This document shows positions 36,491 through 45,912 of a stretch of DNA of 64,000 bases, piece after piece. The DNA is from a virus. A program made the position numbers and the translations under genes. The notes under the pieces were generated by a model. That model was not told the DNA's origin. It made no database searches and worked only from the letters and a program-made list of their open reading frames with translations. Every line of letters starts with the position of its first letter. Position 1 is the stretch's first letter. The stretch spans positions 1 through 64,000 of IMG/VR virus record IMGVR_UViG_3300037109_000068; one strand, written 5' to 3'.

Positions 36491-36894
36491 TGACTCAGGA
36501 ACAAATAGATTGTTTTAAAAATGATGTACGTAGGGAAATCTCAGATGAGGTACAATCTCAGTTTAATTGGATGAAGTGGGTTTTAGGAGGAATTATTACA
36601 TTACTTTTAGGTGTTCTTGCGTTTGAAGCAAGCAATATGAGAGAGATTTCAAAAATTAAAATAGAATATATTACCAAATCAGAATTTGATGATGAAAATA
36701 ATAAACTAAAACTTGAGATTACCAAAAAGTTTGCTCTTCCTGTTCAGTTAGTAATGGCTCAAATGAAACAAGTAAAGGCTAAATTGGTTGATAAGAATCA
36801 AAGGGAATTAGATAATGCAAAGGAAGAGGAATATAAAGTAATGCAAGAAATGATTCGGCTAAATTATGATATACTAAGAGGAGGAGGGAAATAA
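36487..36894 (+). CDS. single-pass membrane protein with a coiled-coil tail
   Basis: TM WMKWVLGGIITLLLGVLAF. ATGA overlap with the upstream gene. Confidence 0.5.
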   Translation: MMTQEQIDCFKNDVRREISDEVQSQFNWMKWVLGGIITLLLGVLAFEASNMREISKIKIEYITKSEFDDENNKLKLEITKKFALPVQLVMAQMKQVKAKLVDKNQRELDNAKEEEYKVMQEMIRLNYDILRGGGK

Positions 36895-36895
36895 T

Positions 36896-38392
36896 ATGCC
36901 TAAAATTAAAAAAGAAAATTTAATACAAATTAATTTTCAAAATGATTCTTATCTAATTCGTGAAGAAACTTATCAAGGAAAGACTTATATAGTTGTTCCA
37001 GTAACAATGATGGTTGAAGGAGTTCATAATGGAAGTCATGGAGCTTTACTTCACACAATTGGTGATTTGGGTAGATTTCCGGCATCTTGGGACGGTATTC
37101 CAATTGTGATTGATCACCCGCAGGTTGACGGAATAAATGTCTCTGCTAATTCGCCAGACATCATAGAAGGAGTTGGTGTAGGTCAGGTGTTTGGAACAAA
37201 TGTTAATGGGTCACGGTTGAAAGCAGAAGCGTGGTTAGATAAAAATAAATTAGCTGAAGTTTCTCCAGAGGCTTATCAAATTATTGAAAATAAAGAAATG
37301 TTAGAAGTTTCAGTCGGAGTATTTACTGAAGATGAAGAAGTAAATGGGGATTGGAATGGAGAAAAATATAATGCTATAGCCAGAAATCACAGACCAGATC
37401 ATTTGGCTCTCTTGCCCGGCGGGACAGGTGCTTGTTCTGTTAAAGACGGTTGTGGGATTAGATTAAATAAGAAAGGAGGAGTTATAAAAATGAACAGAAA
37501 GAAAATTGTTCCAGAAGAGACATTATTTATGAAAATGCAGTCAAATAAATTAAATGAAGAAGCTGTATTTGATATTGTAGACAATTCTACTACTGGATTA
37601 ATGGAACAGATAAGTGAACTGCGAGATTTAATAAATACAATGGATACACAAGAGGAATCAAATTATTTAGAAGAAGTATATGATTCTTATCTTATTTATC
37701 AAAAGTATACTAAATCAAATGGTGAAAAAATCTATAAGCAGAATTTTCAAATGGATGCAGCATCAAATGAGTATGTATTAGTTGGAAATCCTGTTGAAGT
37801 AGAAAAGCAAATAAATTATGTAAATGTTAACAAGAGCGGGACGAAAATAACCCGTTTTAAAAAGGAGGTAAAAACAATGAGTGAAGAAAAAAAGACTCCT
37901 TGTGGGAATTGCATGGAAAAGGTTATTGCTATAATTAACAGCAATGAAACTACTTTCACCAAAGACGACAGGGAATGGTTGTTAGTACAGGAAGAAGCTA
38001 TTTTGGATAAATTGATGCCAAAAGTTGCTGAAGTTGTCGTTAATAAAGACAAAAAGGAAGCTGTTCAGATTACTGCTGAACAAGTAATCAATGCTCTTTC
38101 AGCAGAAGACAAAGCTGCTCTTTCTTATGGAAAGAAACAACTTGCTGAAAAACGTGCAACAATGATTAAAGGAATTCAGGACAATGTAGCAAAAGACACT
38201 TGGACTGAAGTGGAACTAAAAGCAATGGATGAAAATATTTTGGAAAAAATATTTAATTCTGTTAAAAAGGAAGAAGTAGCTGAACTTGTTGATTATTCTT
38301 TAATGAGTCAAGGAAGACACATTGATAATAACACGGAAGAAATCGAGCCATTACTTCCTACAGGAGTTGAATTTGATGTAATTAAAAAATAA
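36896..38392 (+). CDS. DUF2213-like prohead protease/scaffolding protein
   Basis: N-terminus YQGKTYIVVPVTMMVEGVHNG...WDGIPIVIDHP. Acidic coiled-coil C-terminal half. SD-like GAGGAGG upstream. Lies before the decoration and capsid genes. Confidence 0.55.
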   Translation: MPKIKKENLIQINFQNDSYLIREETYQGKTYIVVPVTMMVEGVHNGSHGALLHTIGDLGRFPASWDGIPIVIDHPQVDGINVSANSPDIIEGVGVGQVFGTNVNGSRLKAEAWLDKNKLAEVSPEAYQIIENKEMLEVSVGVFTEDEEVNGDWNGEKYNAIARNHRPDHLALLPGGTGACSVKDGCGIRLNKKGGVIKMNRKKIVPEETLFMKMQSNKLNEEAVFDIVDNSTTGLMEQISELRDLINTMDTQEESNYLEEVYDSYLIYQKYTKSNGEKIYKQNFQMDAASNEYVLVGNPVEVEKQINYVNVNKSGTKITRFKKEVKTMSEEKKTPCGNCMEKVIAIINSNETTFTKDDREWLLVQEEAILDKLMPKVAEVVVNKDKKEAVQITAEQVINALSAEDKAALSYGKKQLAEKRATMIKGIQDNVAKDTWTEVELKAMDENILEKIFNSVKKEEVAELVDYSLMSQGRHIDNNTEEIEPLLPTGVEFDVIKK

Positions 38393-38407
38393 GAAAGGAG
38401 GTTTAAA

Positions 38408-38914
38408 ATGTCTAAAGAATATAGAACGATAAAACTGAAAAGTTATATGGATGTTTATATTGAACGTTTAGCAAATGCTGCTATCACTCCAGGTATGTTG
38501 GTGGAGGAAATGAGTACAGGTAAAGTTCGTAAGCACGCTGGTGCTGGAAAAGACGCTTTCCCTATGTTTGCAATTGAGGATGCTCTTCAAGGCAGAGGTA
38601 TTGATGATGCTTATGTTGCTAATGCTGATGTACGCTGTTGGATTCCTCGCCGTGGAGATGAAGTTTATGCATTATTGGCCGATGGTCAAAATGTAGCAAT
38701 TGGAGATTTTTTAGTATCCAATGGAGATGGTTTTTTACAAAAAGATGTAAAAACTTACGAAAGTTGGGAGTCTGCTGATTCACAACATGCTGAATCTATT
38801 TATAGTCAACGTGTGGTTGGAGTAGCTGCTGATGCAAAAAATTTATTAGCATCAGGTTCGGATTCAAGTGCTGGTGGGAAATACTACAACCGGATTGCAA
38901 TTCGTATTATTTAA
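38408..38914 (+). CDS. head decoration/cement protein (DUF2190-like)
   Basis: 168 aa, AAGGAGG 6 nt upstream, immediately precedes the capsid gene. G/A/V-rich beta pattern. Confidence 0.5.
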   Translation: MSKEYRTIKLKSYMDVYIERLANAAITPGMLVEEMSTGKVRKHAGAGKDAFPMFAIEDALQGRGIDDAYVANADVRCWIPRRGDEVYALLADGQNVAIGDFLVSNGDGFLQKDVKTYESWESADSQHAESIYSQRVVGVAADAKNLLASGSDSSAGGKYYNRIAIRII

Positions 38915-38941
38915 TTAAAAAATAGAAAGGAGGAAAAGAAT

Positions 38942-40072
38942 ATGGATTTAAAAGTAAATGTTGATCTAATGGGTAATGGCCAATCAAAAGGCCAAGTAGC
39001 AAATCAGTTAATGACCAATGGTCAACTTAATTTAGGTAAAATGCGTCCCTTTTTAACAGAGGATAAGTTTGGAAACATTAAAGCTTATGTAACTGTTTAT
39101 ACAGGGAAATCCGCAAATGATTATAAAAACCCAAAATGTTACAAAACCTATCCAATTAATACCAATGCCACTCTCCGTAGGGATGAATGGAAACAATTAG
39201 ATGAATCAATACTTGAAGCATCTATGCAGCGTCTTGGAGGGGTTGATGATTTGATTAGTAGAGGATTAGTTTACAATCTAGGTAATGCTATGGGTACAAC
39301 TGTCCTTGAATGGCATACTGTTGCCGGTTCTATGGAAGCTGTTGTAACAATGGATGGTATTACTCGTGGGAGAAATGATCGACCTGAGTATAACTATAAT
39401 TACCTACCTATTCCAATTATTCACGTAGATTATGAATTAAATGCAAGAGAACTTGCAGCAAGTCGTAGTCTTGGAAATCCACTAGACACTACTGATGCTC
39501 AGTTTGCTACTCGTGAGATTTTGGAAACGTTGGAAGAAATGTTATTTACCAATACTACATTTGGGTTTGGTGAAACAGATTCACGTGGTCGGAATAAAAT
39601 TTATAGCTATGTTAATCATCCTGATCGTAATATTGTTAAATTAAGTGTTCCTTGGGATCATTCCGCTTGTACTGCTGCTGGGATAATTCAAGATGTTCAG
39701 GACATGAAATCTGCCGCTACAGCTGCATATCATTATGGACCATTTATGTTGTATATCCCAACTAATTTTGAAAGAGTGTTAGATGATGATTATACAACTT
39801 CCGTAAATGGGACTACGTTAACCATTGGAGAACGTGTTTTGAAATTAAAAAATATTATGGGTATTAAAGTAGTTGATAAACTTCCTGCTGATAATGTTTT
39901 GCTTGTTCAAATGACCAGTGATGTTATTCGTATGGTTCGCGGTATGGGTATTACAAATGTCGAATGGAACCAAGAAGGTGGAATGATTACCAAATATAAA
40001 GTAATGACTATTCAGGTTCCTCAGATTCGTTCAGACCAGAATGGGAAGAGTGGTATTGTTCACATGGCTTAA
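38942..40072 (+). CDS. major capsid protein
   Basis: 376 aa, AAGGAGG SD, positioned after the scaffold and decoration genes. Weak hairpin plus T-run after the stop. Confidence 0.7.
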   Translation: MDLKVNVDLMGNGQSKGQVANQLMTNGQLNLGKMRPFLTEDKFGNIKAYVTVYTGKSANDYKNPKCYKTYPINTNATLRRDEWKQLDESILEASMQRLGGVDDLISRGLVYNLGNAMGTTVLEWHTVAGSMEAVVTMDGITRGRNDRPEYNYNYLPIPIIHVDYELNARELAASRSLGNPLDTTDAQFATREILETLEEMLFTNTTFGFGETDSRGRNKIYSYVNHPDRNIVKLSVPWDHSACTAAGIIQDVQDMKSAATAAYHYGPFMLYIPTNFERVLDDDYTTSVNGTTLTIGERVLKLKNIMGIKVVDKLPADNVLLVQMTSDVIRMVRGMGITNVEWNQEGGMITKYKVMTIQVPQIRSDQNGKSGIVHMA

Positions 40073-40120
40073 TTATCAGTCACTAATCAAGTGATTATTT
40101 TAAACTTAAAAATTTTAATC

Positions 40121-40564
40121 ATGGTACAACGTAAAAAGAAAACAAATACAGAAAAAGTAAAAATTACACGTGAAAAGAAAAACGATACGGAAGAAGTAAA
40201 TCCAGATACTAAAGTAGAAAGGGTAAAAATTGATACGGATGCTCCGATAAGATGGCAAAAAATTGGCGGAGGATCATTTTTTTTAGGTCGTAGAAGAATC
40301 AAACCAAACGAAAAATTTAAGGCTCGTCCTTCTGAGATTCCTGCTATGTTTCGAGATTCAGTAATTCCATTAGATGAAATTCCGGAAAAAGAAGCAGAAC
40401 TTTTAGTAGAAGGGATTAAAACTGTTTATACATTGGAATCCGTAGAAGTTGAAGGTGAAGAAGCTCCTTTATTTAATGTAGTCAATCAAAGCGGGAAAAA
40501 GATCAATGAAAAACCTCTTACTAAAGAAATTGCAGAATCATTTTTAAATGATCTTCAAAAATGA
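40121..40564 (+). CDS. hypothetical charged protein
   Basis: ATG-initiated version (MVQRKKK) of track ORF 40091-40564. Its stop overlaps the first island gene (ATGA). Confidence 0.45.
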   Translation: MVQRKKKTNTEKVKITREKKNDTEEVNPDTKVERVKIDTDAPIRWQKIGGGSFFLGRRRIKPNEKFKARPSEIPAMFRDSVIPLDEIPEKEAELLVEGIKTVYTLESVEVEGEEAPLFNVVNQSGKKINEKPLTKEIAESFLNDLQK

Positions 40565-41256
40565 TCTGGCGAGTACCTCGTATATGGGAAGGTGGTGATG
40601 TTTGGATAATAGGTGGAGGTCCATCAATGCCTAAACAATTTGAAATTCCTGAGAAAGTTATTCAAAGTGTTATTGATGGCTCATCTACTCCAAATGCATA
40701 TTCTCCATATATGTCTTGTTTACATGATAAGCATGTTATTGGAATTAATGTTGCCTATATGATTGGGGATTGGATTGATATGATGTTCTTTGGAGATAGT
40801 ACCTTTTTTTCAAGATATGGACAAGGTTTATCTACATTTTCTGGTCTTCGAGTATCATGTAGTCCTGTAGCAGATCATTATGATTGGATTAAATATTTAC
40901 CACGAGATAATAATCATTTAAAAGGAATTAGTTCTAATCCAAGATGTGTAAGTTGGAACAATAATAGTGGATCGGCTGCAATAAGTGTGGCCGTTCATGC
41001 TGGGGCAAAACGAATTATTCTATTAGGTTTTGATATGAAGCTAGATGATAAAGATCATCAACATTGGCATGATGTATATGGTCAATATGCTAATCGAAAT
41101 GAAAAGAGTGCAATGAATATGCCTTTTCATAAACACTTACATGGATTCCCAGAAATTGCTAAAGATGCAAAAAGAATGGGAGTTACAATTTTGAATGCTT
41201 CACCAGACAGTGCTATTGAATGTTTTAAAAAAGTAAATGTAAAAGATCTAATATGA
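40561..41256 (+). CDS. DUF115/Maf-like (MptE-like) putative glycosyltransferase
   Basis: VWIIGGGPS near the N-terminus and SGSAAISVAVHAGAKRIILLGFDM, as in motility-accessory-factor-type enzymes. Confidence 0.45.
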   Translation: MIWRVPRIWEGGDVWIIGGGPSMPKQFEIPEKVIQSVIDGSSTPNAYSPYMSCLHDKHVIGINVAYMIGDWIDMMFFGDSTFFSRYGQGLSTFSGLRVSCSPVADHYDWIKYLPRDNNHLKGISSNPRCVSWNNNSGSAAISVAVHAGAKRIILLGFDMKLDDKDHQHWHDVYGQYANRNEKSAMNMPFHKHLHGFPEIAKDAKRMGVTILNASPDSAIECFKKVNVKDLI

Positions 41257-42116
41257 AAATAATAAAAGGTAAAAAATACCTAGTTACAGGAGGTTCTGGG
41301 TTTTTAGGAGCTAAATTGATTGAAAGAATCATTAATGAAGGAGGTTTAGTTAGAACTATTGCTAGGAATGAAGGTAAGTTGATTATGCTAAAAGAACGTT
41401 TTGGAGATAAACTTGAAATTTATTTTGGGGATATTTCTGATAAATTCACTATACAGCAGTTTATGGTTGGAAAGTTTGAAGGTATTTTCCATTTAGCTGC
41501 TTTTAAGCATGTTTCATTGGCTGAAAAGTTTTCAATTGAATGCACGAATTCCAATATTATAGGTAGTTTAAATATTTTGGAATTTGGTTCAAAAAAGGAT
41601 GTTAAATTTATTATTGGAATAAGTACTGATAAGGCTGCTCAAATGACAGGCGTTTATGGAGCTTCTAAATATATCATGGAGAAATTATTCCAGCAATATC
41701 AAAATACATATCCAATTATTAATTATAGGATTGTTCGCTATGGTAATGTTTTGTATTCTACAGGTTCAGTATTATGTAAATGGAAAGATTTAATTCAACA
41801 AGGTAAAGAAGTCATAATAACTGATCGAAAAGCAACAAGATATTTTTGGACAATTGATCAAGCAATTGATTTAATTTTTGAATGCTTACTTAATGCAAAA
41901 GATGCTAAACCTTTTGTACCTACTATGAAAGCAATGAGAGTAGGTGATTTATTAGATAGCATGATATTAAAATATGCTCCTGAAGGTGCTAGAATTTCTG
42001 TAAATGAAATAGGTTTGCAGGAAGGTGAGAATCTTCATGAAAGAATATTGGAGACCGGTCAATATAGTAATGAAGCAGAATTATTTACAATACCTGAAAT
42101 AAAAGAGTTAATATGA
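41253..42116 (+). CDS. short-chain NAD-dependent sugar dehydratase/epimerase (CapD/PseB-like)
   Basis: VTGGSGFLGAKL Rossmann motif. STDKAAQMTGVYGASKYIMEKL (STDKA...YxxxK). Confidence 0.75.
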   Translation: MKIIKGKKYLVTGGSGFLGAKLIERIINEGGLVRTIARNEGKLIMLKERFGDKLEIYFGDISDKFTIQQFMVGKFEGIFHLAAFKHVSLAEKFSIECTNSNIIGSLNILEFGSKKDVKFIIGISTDKAAQMTGVYGASKYIMEKLFQQYQNTYPIINYRIVRYGNVLYSTGSVLCKWKDLIQQGKEVIITDRKATRYFWTIDQAIDLIFECLLNAKDAKPFVPTMKAMRVGDLLDSMILKYAPEGARISVNEIGLQEGENLHERILETGQYSNEAELFTIPEIKELI

Positions 42117-42880
42117 ATGTAGTAAAACTTATAGGAGGATTAGGGAATCAATTATTCCAATATGCATTTGGTAAATCATTAGCATCATATGGAGTTGGTG
42201 TTAAATTTGATAAGTCATGGTATAACGAAGAAACAGACCCTCCACGCCCATATCGGTTAGATAAGTTTTGTGTTGATGTTAAACTTGGACGAGCTTTTCC
42301 AAACCAGAGAGTAATTGTAGAGAAATATTTTCATGAAATGAAAGAGGTTGATAATTGTTATTTTAAGGGGTATTGGCAGTATCCTAAATATTATAAAAAT
42401 ATGATCCCTCTATTAAAAAATGAATTTAAAGTTAAAGAAGAATTTTACACTCCAGAATTTTTAAGTTTAAAAGAAAAAATTATAAATTGTGATGCTGTTT
42501 CTATTCATGTTAGGCGAGGTGATTATGTGACTAAAAGTGGATATTATGCTCTTCCATTTAACTATTATATTGAAGCGATCGCTAAAACGAAAGGCGATTT
42601 ATTTATATTTTCTGATGATATAGATTGGTGTAAAAATCAATTTAAACAAGAATATTTTGATCGTAATATTACTTTTATTCATTTAGAAGATTATTTGGAT
42701 TTTGAATTAATAAAGTTATGTAATACTAAAATACTTGCAAATAGTACGTTTAGTTTGTGGACAGCATATTTGAGTGAAGAGTCAACAACTATAATGCCTA
42801 AAAATTGGAGATATCGGAGAGGTGATCCTACACCTTTTGAAATAGGAATCCCTGTTCCTAAACATTGGATACAAATTTAA
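42113..42880 (+). CDS. GT11 alpha-1,2-fucosyltransferase
   Basis: GGLGNQLFQYAFG, HVRRGDY, NSTFSLWTAYL. Confidence 0.85.
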   Translation: MNVVKLIGGLGNQLFQYAFGKSLASYGVGVKFDKSWYNEETDPPRPYRLDKFCVDVKLGRAFPNQRVIVEKYFHEMKEVDNCYFKGYWQYPKYYKNMIPLLKNEFKVKEEFYTPEFLSLKEKIINCDAVSIHVRRGDYVTKSGYYALPFNYYIEAIAKTKGDLFIFSDDIDWCKNQFKQEYFDRNITFIHLEDYLDFELIKLCNTKILANSTFSLWTAYLSEESTTIMPKNWRYRRGDPTPFEIGIPVPKHWIQI

Positions 42881-43509
42881 AAACTATGATAATATCACTT
42901 GACAAAATACAAAGTAATTACCATTTAAATATTAAAGGGGTAATTCACATTGGAGCTCACTACGGAGGTGAATATAAAGATTATAAAAGACATGGTATTA
43001 AACATATGATGTTTTTTGAACCTGTACTTTCTAATTATTTAGAATTATTAAAGACTTTACCAAACAATGATAAAACAACTCAAACATATAATTTAGCACT
43101 TGGTAATGAAATGGGTGTAAAGGAAATGTATATTGAAACTGCAAATAAAGGTATGAGTTGTTCTCTATTAGAACCAGGTACACATTTAAAACAATATCCA
43201 CATATTACTTTTGATGGTCGAGAGTCAGTAAGAATGGTTAAATTAGATCATGTTATTTTCAATAGAAATCAATTTAACATGATTAATATTGATGTACAAG
43301 GCTATGAGTTGGAAGTATTTAAAGGTGCAGTTGAAACATTACCTTATGTTAATATTATTTATGCTGAAGTAAATTTTGAAGAAGTTTATAAAGGTTGTGT
43401 TCATGTTGAAGAGCTTGATTCTTTTTTAAAAGATTTTGGATTTAAAAGAATTTTAACAGATTCCAGTCCTCGTACTTGGGGAGATGCTTTATATTTAAAA
43501 GAATTTTAA
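42865..43509 (+). CDS. FkbM-family methyltransferase
   Basis: IHIGAHYGGE and INIDVQGYELEVFKGA. An alternative start is at 42886. The last 9 nt lie in the second copy of a 53-bp duplication. Confidence 0.7.
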   Translation: MDTNLKTMIISLDKIQSNYHLNIKGVIHIGAHYGGEYKDYKRHGIKHMMFFEPVLSNYLELLKTLPNNDKTTQTYNLALGNEMGVKEMYIETANKGMSCSLLEPGTHLKQYPHITFDGRESVRMVKLDHVIFNRNQFNMINIDVQGYELEVFKGAVETLPYVNIIYAEVNFEEVYKGCVHVEELDSFLKDFGFKRILTDSSPRTWGDALYLKEF

Positions 43510-43553
43510 CAGATTCCAGTCCTCGTACTTGGGGAGATGCTTTATATTTAAAA
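43448..43553. repeat. perfect 53-bp tandem duplication (2 copies) at a gene junction
   Basis: 43448-43500 equals 43501-43553 (GAATTTTAACAGATTCCAGTCCTCGTACTTGGGGAGATGCTTTATATTTAAAA), bounded by ATTTAAAA microhomology. Confidence 0.9.
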
Positions 43554-43564
43554 CAAAAGTAACA

Positions 43565-44287
43565 ATGATTTCACTTGCAATACCTACATATAATCGAAGT
43601 GATTTTACTATTCAATCATTCGAATATAATTATATTTTAAATAATCCAAATATAAGTGAGATAGTTATTTTAGATGACTATTCAGATAAACAAGAATATA
43701 TTTCACTACATAATACAATTAACAATATTACTTCTAAAAAAATTAAGTTATTTAGAAACAATTCAAATTTAGGCCCTTTTAGAAATAAATATGAAGTGGT
43801 TAAGAGATGTAATAGTGATTGGATAATTTTATTGGATTCAGATAATATACTAAATAATATTTATATTGACATTGTTTCTAAACTTAATAAAGAAGAAGAT
43901 GTGTTTTATAGTCCAGAAACATTATTTAGTTTAACCCATAAAGTTGAATGGGATTATTCAGAATATAATCATTTTCTAATTACTAAACAGAATGCTAAAG
44001 AGTATATTTGTAAAGGTAACTTTGAAACAATGCTAAATACAGGTAATTTCTTTATAAATAGAAATAAGTATATTGAAACTTTCGAGCAAAATTGCATAAA
44101 TACAAGATTAGGTGTTAATGATGCATTATACTTTTCTTATTTATGGCTTGCTGGTGGGAATAAAATACAAGTAGTTCCTGAACTTAATTATATTCATAGA
44201 GTGCATAAAGGTAGTTGGTATAAACATCATCAAAATGAATGTGGATTAGCAACAAAAGAAATACATCAAAAAATTAAAGCATTATGA
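43565..44287 (+). CDS. GT2-family glycosyltransferase
   Basis: MISLAIPTYNRSD, VILDDYSD, LLDSDN. The start is taken at the ATG after the duplicated segment. Confidence 0.8.
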   Translation: MISLAIPTYNRSDFTIQSFEYNYILNNPNISEIVILDDYSDKQEYISLHNTINNITSKKIKLFRNNSNLGPFRNKYEVVKRCNSDWIILLDSDNILNNIYIDIVSKLNKEEDVFYSPETLFSLTHKVEWDYSEYNHFLITKQNAKEYICKGNFETMLNTGNFFINRNKYIETFEQNCINTRLGVNDALYFSYLWLAGGNKIQVVPELNYIHRVHKGSWYKHHQNECGLATKEIHQKIKAL

Positions 44288-45144
44288 TTGACTGGATACA
44301 AGGTGATAAATTTAAAGGGATCGCAGATTTTACATATTCACCAAAAAAGAAATTGGCTGATGATTATGACAATCTTCCTAATACATTAGATTTGTCAAAA
44401 TTAAAAGATATCAATATTGTATATACTCACATAATGTATGTAGCATACTTGTTGAATATTATACAGCATTTAGGAAAGCAATTTATACTTATTACCCATA
44501 GTTGTGATTGTAGAATAGAAGATGGTCAAATTGTACGACCTAACGGGTGTGGAATCACACAAAGTATTGATGTATATAAATTGCCTGATAATGTTCTTAA
44601 ATGGTATTCTAAAAATGTAAATGTAGTTAGTCCATGGATTGAATCAATTCCAATTGGGCTTGAAAATGACAGATGGTTTCCTCAATTGCATAAGAAAGAA
44701 AAGATGGTTGAGAAGTTAAAAGAACCTTCTGTAACTAAAAATCTTGCTTACATGTGTCATAATCAAAATACTCATTCAGAACGAAAGGAACTTTATGAAT
44801 TATTTAAAGGAAAATCTTGGATAACAATAGAGCAAGGTTCTAACGGTAGTAAATTTGATGAGTACTTGGATAACATATATAATCATCAATTTGTTCTTAG
44901 TCCTCAAGGAAATGGGATAGATACACATCGTACTTGGGAATGTTTGTATATGAATACAATTCCAATTGAAAAACGAAATAAAAATAACAGATTTTACACA
45001 GATTTACCAATTTGTTTTGTTGATGATTGGAAAGATATTACTGAGGAATTTCTTCAAAAAGAATTAATTCGAATCAAAGACACTAAGTGGAATATGCAGA
45101 AATTAACATTCGAATATTGGAAAAATAAAATATTGAATACATGA
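44284..45144 (+). CDS. exostosin/GT47-like glycosyltransferase
   Basis: C-terminal HQFVLSPQGNGIDTHRTWECLYMNTIPI matches the exostosin-type F.L.P.G....R..E....G.IP pattern. Confidence 0.5.
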   Translation: MIDWIQGDKFKGIADFTYSPKKKLADDYDNLPNTLDLSKLKDINIVYTHIMYVAYLLNIIQHLGKQFILITHSCDCRIEDGQIVRPNGCGITQSIDVYKLPDNVLKWYSKNVNVVSPWIESIPIGLENDRWFPQLHKKEKMVEKLKEPSVTKNLAYMCHNQNTHSERKELYELFKGKSWITIEQGSNGSKFDEYLDNIYNHQFVLSPQGNGIDTHRTWECLYMNTIPIEKRNKNNRFYTDLPICFVDDWKDITEEFLQKELIRIKDTKWNMQKLTFEYWKNKILNT

Positions 45145-45908
45145 AATATTTATTAGTTATAGCAGCATATAATGATGATAGACAACAACATTTTGAAATC
45201 TATCATTCTCCACGTAATAGAGTATATTGTGACTATCATGGATTTGAATATATTGAGATAAAAGATTTAAATTTGATTCCAGAAGCATGTAAACAACGTA
45301 AAATAGTTTGGTGGAGATTTTTTTTAATTAAGCATTGGATTGATACTGGATTTTTGAAAGATGGTGATATTATTTCTCAAATTGATGCAGATATATGCAT
45401 TGTAAATGGAATGAAATCTTTTGAACCTGCTGAAGGAAAAAGTTTTGCGTATGCTATTGATTCTTGCAATACTCATTGTATGGGAGCATTTTCATTTAGA
45501 ATTACAGAATGGGCAAAGCAAATGTTAAATAACTTATTGAATGAATCTCGATATAATAAATACAAAGATACTCCATTTTGGAAAATGTTTCATGAACAAG
45601 CATGCTGGTATTCACTTGCAGGAATAAAAGGAATATTTGCGGATCCAAATCAATTAAGTTGGAAAGAAATAAAAGATTTAGGTTGGAATTCTACAAAAGA
45701 TTATAACCCAGTTTATTCTTTAGAGGAATTAAAAGAAAATGTACAAATATTGCCTGTAGAATGGAATGTTACAGATTGGGAAAGAAAAAGTCAATATTTT
45801 AGATTCCCAACTAAAACGGTAAATAAGCAAGATGTAATATTTCGACATTTTGCGGGTGGAGTAAAATGGAATAATACATGGGCTAAAATTCCAATGTTTA
45901 AAAGATAA
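45141..45908 (+). CDS. nucleotide-diphospho-sugar transferase-like (GT34/GT77-like)
   Basis: VWWRFFLIKHWI...ISQIDADICIV (DxD). Confidence 0.4.
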   Translation: MKYLLVIAAYNDDRQQHFEIYHSPRNRVYCDYHGFEYIEIKDLNLIPEACKQRKIVWWRFFLIKHWIDTGFLKDGDIISQIDADICIVNGMKSFEPAEGKSFAYAIDSCNTHCMGAFSFRITEWAKQMLNNLLNESRYNKYKDTPFWKMFHEQACWYSLAGIKGIFADPNQLSWKEIKDLGWNSTKDYNPVYSLEELKENVQILPVEWNVTDWERKSQYFRFPTKTVNKQDVIFRHFAGGVKWNNTWAKIPMFKR

Positions 45909-45912
45909 AAAT

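Noticed and set aside
40073-40120. Hairpin after the capsid gene (GTCACT-AATCA-AGTGAT followed by TATTTT) as a terminator
   Set aside because: The stem has only 5 Watson-Crick pairs plus one wobble and the T-run is weak. It is plausible as a partial attenuator but too weak to call.
43529-43564. TTG-initiated start (MGRCFIFKTKVT) of the GT2 gene
   Set aside because: It lies in the second copy of the 53-bp duplication. The ATG at 43565 gives the typical GT2 N-terminus MISLAIPTYNRS.
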